Source: Flavobacteriales bacterium (GTDB taxonomy: Bacteria > Bacteroidota > Bacteroidia > Flavobacteriales > JASBRU01). From it: a stretch of 64,000 nt of DNA. The translations under genes were made by a program, and so were the position numbers. Position 1 is the first letter of the stretch, and each line of letters opens with the position of its first letter. Shown in pieces: positions 59,080-64,000 of this stretch. The stretch is from the NCBI GenBank assembly GCA_030149285.1, contig JASBRU010000004.1, positions 114,997-178,996 on the forward strand, read 5' to 3'. The notes under the pieces were generated by a model. It had not been told where the DNA came from. It saw only the letters and a program-made list of their open reading frames with translations, and searched no databases.

Positions 59080-59104
59080 CAGGCTATAAATACTAAGTTC
59101 ATAA

Positions 59105-60178
59105 ATGGCACATTTTCACCCACTAACTATTAAGGATGTAAGAAAAGAAACTGCAGACACTGTTTCAATTGCGTTTGATATTCCTGCTCACCTTAATGGC
59201 GATTTCAATTATACACAAGGACAATACCTAACCTTTAAAGCCACGGTTAACGGCGAAGAAGTGCGTAGATCATACTCGCTTTGCAGTAGCCCTACTACTG
59301 ACAAGGAGTTACGTGTTGCCATTAAAAAAGTACCTAATGGTGCTTTTTCTACTTATGCTAACGAAAGCTTAAAAGCAGGAGATGTGTTGGAAACAATGCC
59401 TCCGATGGGTAATTTTTATACCGATTTAAAAGAAGGGCAAAGTAAGCACTATGTGGCTTTTGCCGCAGGTAGTGGTATTACTCCTGTGATGTCTATATTA
59501 AAAACTTCATTGGCAATTGAAACTAATAGCCGCTTTACTTTGTTTTACGGAAACAGAAATAGCGAGAGTATTATTTTTAAAGATGAGTTAGACGCTCTTG
59601 CTGATAAGTATGCCGACAGGCTAAAGGTTCATCATATTTTAAGTAGAGAAGAACAAAGCAACTCTTTATTAAACGGCAGAATTGATGGCGAAAAATGTAA
59701 GGGTTTATGCGAAAGCTTTAACGATGTTCAATCTGCAGATGAGTTCTTTTTATGTGGTCCGGCAGAATTGATTGATAATGTAACCAAGACCCTAGGTAGT
59801 TTGGGTGTTGACAAAAAACATATCCATTTTGAGTTGTTTAATACGCCTGTTATGGCAGAAAACCAGCCCAAAAGAAGCGCCAGCAAAAGTGGCATGTCTA
59901 CCGTAACCATTATTATGGACGGAGATGAAACAACATTTGAACTGGCCTCTAATGGCGACGCAATATTAGATGCTGCTTTAGATGCCGGTGTTGATGTTCC
60001 GTTTGCTTGTAAAGGTGCTGTTTGCTGTACTTGCAAAGCAAAAGTAATGGAAGGCGAAGTAGAGATGGATATGAATTATGCGCTAGAAGACGAAGAGGTT
60101 GAGGAAGGTTTTATCCTTACATGCCAGTCTCACCCAAAAAGCGCTAATGTTGTTGTTGACTACGACGAGGGTATTTAA
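59105..60178 (+). CDS. paaE: phenylacetyl-CoA epoxidase reductase subunit PaaE
   Basis: GQYLT, RRSYS, AGSGITP, CGP, C-terminal 2Fe-2S C..AVCCTC..C; divergent from paaA. Confidence 0.93.
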   Translation: MAHFHPLTIKDVRKETADTVSIAFDIPAHLNGDFNYTQGQYLTFKATVNGEEVRRSYSLCSSPTTDKELRVAIKKVPNGAFSTYANESLKAGDVLETMPPMGNFYTDLKEGQSKHYVAFAAGSGITPVMSILKTSLAIETNSRFTLFYGNRNSESIIFKDELDALADKYADRLKVHHILSREEQSNSLLNGRIDGEKCKGLCESFNDVQSADEFFLCGPAELIDNVTKTLGSLGVDKKHIHFELFNTPVMAENQPKRSASKSGMSTVTIIMDGDETTFELASNGDAILDAALDAGVDVPFACKGAVCCTCKAKVMEGEVEMDMNYALEDEEVEEGFILTCQSHPKSANVVVDYDEGI

Positions 60179-60211
60179 TTAGCCTCTCTTTTTTGAGGCT
60201 TGAAAAAAGCC

Positions 60212-61282
60212 ATGGACAATACTTTTATATACATTCCTGACATCAGTGGGTTTAGCAACTTTGTTAACGACACTGAAATAACCCATAGTAACCACATTAT
60301 TTCTGAGTTGTTGGAATTAATTATCGATTCTAATAAGCTAAGACTTGAAGTGTCTGAGGTTGAAGGCGATGCTATACTCTTTTACAAATACGAGTCTATC
60401 CCTTCACTAGAGGAAGTGATTGAACAAACCAAGGCTACTTTTATTAAATTTCATACTCACTTAAAAGAGTTTGAAGCTCATAGAATATGCCAATGTGGCG
60501 CTTGTAGAAGCGCAGCCAGCTTAAGCTTAAAGTTTATTGCTCATGCGGGTGATGTACAATACATCAAAATAAAAAAGCATAAAAAGCTCCATGGTCCTGC
60601 TGTTATCCTATCTCATCGCTTACTCAAAAACTCAATTGGTGATGGGGAGTACCTTTTGCTTAGTGATGATTTATTAAATACGCTGAATGACTCTACAAAT
60701 GACCTTAAAGAAGGTGCTGATGTATATGATGGTAGTATTACTACCTCTTATAAATACATGAGTCTTCAAAGGCTTCATAATGAAGTGCCCGAGCCCACCC
60801 CAATAACCTATGAAACCCGTATTAAAAACCCTGTAAAAAAAGAGCTATTTATAAATGCTCCTTTATATGATGTATTTGAGACCTTAACCAACCTAGAAAT
60901 GCGCGAGCTGTGGGCTACAGGTATCAAACGAATTGAATATGATAAAGGACGCATTAATAGGCTTGGAACCAAGCACAATTGTGTGTTAGACAATGGAGAG
61001 TTTGAGTTTGAAACTATTAGTAATGATTTTGGTAAAAACGCCTTGGTATACGGAGAGCGTTTTAACTCTCCTATGGCAAAAGGGCTTATGATTTATTACG
61101 TGCTTGAAAAAGAAGAAAAAGGAACAAGAGTTCGCATTGAAGGGCATTATAAAAAAACAATGCTCACTTACTTGTTGCTTCCTTTAATTAGGTTTGGGTT
61201 TAAAAAAGCTTTTAAAAAAGGTCTTGGAGACTTAAAGCTGTATTGCGAAAAAACGTTCTCCAATCAGCCTATTACCGTTTAA
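60212..61282 (+). CDS. DUF2652 (nucleotide-cyclase-like) plus SRPBCC domain protein
   Basis: PDISGF..F, EVEGDA.LF, CQCGAC, L.LKFI.H.G, HRLLKN; C-terminal SRPBCC-like region; likely start ATG 60212. Confidence 0.85.
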   Translation: MDNTFIYIPDISGFSNFVNDTEITHSNHIISELLELIIDSNKLRLEVSEVEGDAILFYKYESIPSLEEVIEQTKATFIKFHTHLKEFEAHRICQCGACRSAASLSLKFIAHAGDVQYIKIKKHKKLHGPAVILSHRLLKNSIGDGEYLLLSDDLLNTLNDSTNDLKEGADVYDGSITTSYKYMSLQRLHNEVPEPTPITYETRIKNPVKKELFINAPLYDVFETLTNLEMRELWATGIKRIEYDKGRINRLGTKHNCVLDNGEFEFETISNDFGKNALVYGERFNSPMAKGLMIYYVLEKEEKGTRVRIEGHYKKTMLTYLLLPLIRFGFKKAFKKGLGDLKLYCEKTFSNQPITV

Positions 61283-61333
61283 ACCAACTACTTCCATATT
61301 TTGTTAACTTTACATAAAAGCATTTTGCCAATT

Positions 61334-62251
61334 ATGTTTAAAAAAGTTACTGTTTCTTTTTTAGTTATTCTTCTAGCTTCTTGTGCTAGTAAGCTACCCG
61401 CTTCATATATTTATGTCCCATACTCTGCAAGCAAAGTGAAAGTAGGTGTCTCTGTAATAGAAACAGGCTACACTTGTGCAAACGAATCTTTTATTCATGA
61501 GAAGGGAAGTTTGTTTAGTACTCACCGCTCTAATAATATTGCTGTTTATATAAAGCACCCAAAAGGCGATTTTTTATTTGATACAGGCTTTGGATCTGAC
61601 TATCAAGACCAGTTGGATAATATGGCGTGGCCGTCTTGTGCTATCAATAGCCATAAGCACACAAAAATTGCCGGAAATGAAGTTGACGCTTTTGGCTCTA
61701 AAGAGGATATAAATTTTATTCTACTCTCTCATTTGCATTGGGATCATGTTAGTGGAATTAATGATTTTCCGGATGCTGAAGTGTGGACCACCAAGGCTGA
61801 ATATGATTTTGCTTTTAGCGATGATGCCAAAAAACCTGCTTTCCTAAAAACAGATTATAATGACCCCACTATCAAATGGAATTTAATAACATTTGACAGT
61901 ATTCCTTATGAAAACTTTGACCGAAGTCTTGATTTGTATGATGACGGTTCTATCATACTAGTCCCTCTTCCGGGGCATACACCCGGTTCGTTGGGAATGT
62001 TTGTAAACCTTGCATCTGGTACGCGCTATTTTTTTATAGGAGACCTTTCTTTTTCTGAAGAGGCTATTCAAAAAAATGCAGAAAAGAACTTTTTTGCCAA
62101 AGCTGTTGTTGATGAGGAACATAAAGTTGTGAGACAAGAATTAAATAGGGTGAGTTTTTTGGCTAAAAAGAAGCCTGAGCTTATTGTTGTTCCATCACAC
62201 GATGGAAGCATTAGCTTAAAAATAAAACAATACCCTGAGTTTGAATATTAG
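61334..62251 (+). CDS. MBL-fold metallo-hydrolase lipoprotein (AHL-lactonase-like)
   Basis: Lipobox LASC; LFDTG, SHLHWDH, PGHTPG, GD, PSHD. Confidence 0.82.
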   Translation: MFKKVTVSFLVILLASCASKLPASYIYVPYSASKVKVGVSVIETGYTCANESFIHEKGSLFSTHRSNNIAVYIKHPKGDFLFDTGFGSDYQDQLDNMAWPSCAINSHKHTKIAGNEVDAFGSKEDINFILLSHLHWDHVSGINDFPDAEVWTTKAEYDFAFSDDAKKPAFLKTDYNDPTIKWNLITFDSIPYENFDRSLDLYDDGSIILVPLPGHTPGSLGMFVNLASGTRYFFIGDLSFSEEAIQKNAEKNFFAKAVVDEEHKVVRQELNRVSFLAKKKPELIVVPSHDGSISLKIKQYPEFEY

Positions 62252-62253
62252 AA

Positions 62254-62502
62254 ATGGAAGACTATAAACCCATAGACTGTAACCTTTACGACTACCTAGA
62301 GGCTTGGGCTACAACCCGAAAGAATAGTACTGTTGTATACTCTGATGAAGGGGAAAATAAGTCTGCCGAAGGCCTTATTAAAGACCTATATATTAAAGAT
62401 AAGGTTGAGTATATGAAGCTAAATGATAGCGAGATAAGGCTTGATGCTTTGTTAAAAGTAAATGATGTTGATTTTAGCGCCGGAGAAAGTTGTGCTATTT
62501 AA
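62254..62502 (+). CDS. Rho-binding antiterminator Rof/YaeO-like protein
   Basis: Y.PI.C..YD.LE........G...D......EY......IRLD matches the Rof family pattern. Confidence 0.75.
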   Translation: MEDYKPIDCNLYDYLEAWATTRKNSTVVYSDEGENKSAEGLIKDLYIKDKVEYMKLNDSEIRLDALLKVNDVDFSAGESCAI

Positions 62503-62944
62503 CTTTGTATAACATCTCTGAATGCGGAATATCATCTTCTAAATAATCTTTCCCTGTAAACACAAAGCCCAAACTTTCATAAAAAGGCTTGAGGTGTGTT
62601 TGTGCAGATATTCTAACGTCTACATTTCCAAACTCTTTTTCAATATACTCCAGTGCTTTTTGTACTAATGGCCTGCCATAACCTTTCCCTCTTATCTTCA
62701 TTTTAGTGGCAATTCTCCCTATCGATACTTCTTTATAGCTAATGCCTGGGGGTAATATTCGCTGATAAGCTACCATTTCGCCTTCTTCATCTACAGCCCA
62801 TTGGTGTATAGCCTGCTCATCTTTTCCATCCGCATCTTGATAAAAGCAGGTTTGCTCTACCACAAATACTTCTTGTCTAAGCATCATTAGCTGATACAAC
62901 TCTTTTGTATTTAACTCTTCAAATTTTTTGCTTATCCATTTCAT
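62495..62944 (-). CDS. elaA: ElaA family GNAT acetyltransferase
   Basis: F.EL...ELY....LR..VFVVEQ.C.YQD.D, IGR, ISAQ..L..FY...GF, YLED.IPH..M; real start ATG 62944. Confidence 0.9.
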   Translation of the reverse strand: MKWISKKFEELNTKELYQLMMLRQEVFVVEQTCFYQDADGKDEQAIHQWAVDEEGEMVAYQRILPPGISYKEVSIGRIATKMKIRGKGYGRPLVQKALEYIEKEFGNVDVRISAQTHLKPFYESLGFVFTGKDYLEDDIPHSEMLYKVK

Positions 62945-62954
62945 TTGTCGAAAA

Positions 62955-62985
62955 TAAAAAAAGCCGTCCATAAATGAACGGCTTT
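62955..62985 (-). terminator. Rho-independent terminator (end of candidate sRNA)
   Basis: Minus strand AAAGCCGTTCAT-TT-ATGGACGGCTTTTTTT. Confidence 0.8.
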
Positions 62986-63059
62986 CGACCCCTGTATATA
63001 CTTGCTATGAAATTCGAGGTCTTGCTACGAAAATCTTAATATCTTTTGTCTTCTATTAT
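62955..63059 (-). ncRNA. candidate ECF-sigma-dependent small RNA (~100 nt)
   Basis: Bounded by an ECF-type promoter and an intrinsic terminator, no ORF, duplicated UUUC(A/G)UAGCAAG motif. Confidence 0.55.
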
Positions 63060-63065
63060 CTTAAA

Positions 63066-63091
63066 GACGAGCAGCCTCGATTTGCGTTGCA
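63066..63091 (-). promoter_or_regulatory. ECF-sigma promoter TGCAAC-N16-CGTC
   Basis: Minus strand TGCAAC GCAAATCGAGGCTGCT CGTC; canonical AAC/CGT ECF boxes. Confidence 0.65.
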
Positions 63092-63120
63092 CATTATGTG
63101 CAATTTTTTTTGTTTTTTTT

Positions 63121-64000
63121 CTAAATCGTTATACCAAAGGTAATTACATTTATTTCTGGACCTCTATTTTCTATAAAAAGAGTAGATAAATCATACTTTG
63201 CAAATAAATTTATGCCCCATAGACCACCTATTTGCATTTCTAAACCATATCTCAAATCATTTACAAAGTGGCTGTTTTTAACTACCAGTTTAGAGTCATC
63301 ATTATTCAGGTCTTTGTACTCAAAGTTCGTGTGTGTATTGGTTCTAATACCCACATAACCACCTATTCCTATATTAAAACCGTTTTCTCTTCTTGGGCTT
63401 TTGCTAAAATCTAGCTGAAACATAATTGGTATACTTAGATAAGTGTTTTCTAACTTACTTTTGCTTACGCTACCAAAGCCTGCAGTATCTGCATTTACAA
63501 ATGCAGTTGCATCTGCTCCCTTTTGTGCAATAAAGTTTCCGGCCATTTGGTAATTATTCCAGCCCAATTCTAATCCGTATTTAAAATATAGTTTACTATT
63601 CTCTCCGAACAACCTTGTCTTTCTAGAGTACTTTAAACCTAGGTATCTTGAGCCCCATAAGTCTAAATCGTAATTAGTTCCGTCTGCTAATGCGCCGTCA
63701 TCTACAAAGTTATTTAGCGCCAATTGAACGTCAAACTGTCCTACTGTTCTTCGTTTTTTCTTTTTCTTCTCCTTGTATTCTTTTGCTGTATCCCAAACTA
63801 TGTCTGCGGCTTCTCCAATATTGGTAACATTTACATTGTCATTTTCTAAAGAGTCTGTTACCTCAACACCGTCTACCGATACCACCAATTTTCTTTCTCT
63901 CTCCTCTATCTTTCTTTCCAAAATTTCTTCAATAAGCTCCATTTCTGCCTCAAGGGCTTCCATCTTTTCGTCTAAGCGATCTTCCCAATTATCTATTTCG
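63121..64000 (-). CDS. outer-membrane beta-barrel protein with acidic coiled N-terminal region (5' truncated)
   Basis: Frame stays open to the window end (..EIDNWEDRLDEKM..); C-terminal barrel motifs SKL...Y..IP.M, G.GGY.G, F.KYDL..LF, G.T. Confidence 0.8.
   Translation of the reverse strand, partial: EIDNWEDRLDEKMEALEAEMELIEEILERKIEERERKLVVSVDGVEVTDSLENDNVNVTNIGEAADIVWDTAKEYKEKKKKKRRTVGQFDVQLALNNFVDDGALADGTNYDLDLWGSRYLGLKYSRKTRLFGENSKLYFKYGLELGWNNYQMAGNFIAQKGADATAFVNADTAGFGSVSKSKLENTYLSIPIMFQLDFSKSPRRENGFNIGIGGYVGIRTNTHTNFEYKDLNNDDSKLVVKNSHFVNDLRYGLEMQIGGLWGINLFAKYDLSTLFIENRGPEINVITFGITI

Noticed and set aside
16597-60993. Numerous 60-170 aa antisense or alternate-frame ORFs (e.g. 16597-16959, 21387-21893, 32548-32961, 37170-37430, 41203-41640)
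   Set aside because: They lie opposite well-supported genes, lack family motifs and show the composition typical of shadow ORFs.
1-64000. CRISPR array, rRNA, IS/transposase, prophage, retron or DGR
   Set aside because: No regularly spaced repeats, and no transposase, integrase, reverse transcriptase or phage structural motifs were recognised.

Overview
AT-rich chromosomal window from a Bacteroidota bacterium, most likely Flavobacteriales. Support: TAnnTTTG promoters, porZ, gldH and a T9SS-secreted protein. Layout: (1) truncated porZ and tRNA-Arg(UCG). (2) A ~14 kb accessory patch behind the tRNA. It holds a decayed copy of the tRNA 3' half, DUF4365 and PD-(D/E)XK nuclease-like genes, a PadR pair, an ECF41 sigma module, AAC(6')-I, an IsdG-like monooxygenase and other small unrelated genes. 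No integrase is visible. (3) Core genes: corA, PSP1/RicT, gldH, PBP1A, scoAB, two GT-C glycosyltransferases, lipB, PGI/PMI, lysS. (4) A phenylacetyl-CoA (paa) catabolic region, paaE/ABCD-G-H-I-J-Y-Z. It has no paaK ligase or regulator in the window, but has a fused 2-oxoacid dehydrogenase E1 nearby. It is interrupted by dps-ogt, a 2204-aa T9SS protein and a prolyl oligopeptidase. (5) Near the right end, an unannotated ~100-nt intergenic unit with an ECF-type promoter, a duplicated anti-start-codon motif and its own terminator, directly downstream of an outer-membrane beta-barrel gene. This candidate envelope-stress sRNA is the best novelty candidate. All calls come from reading motifs by eye; no database searches were run.
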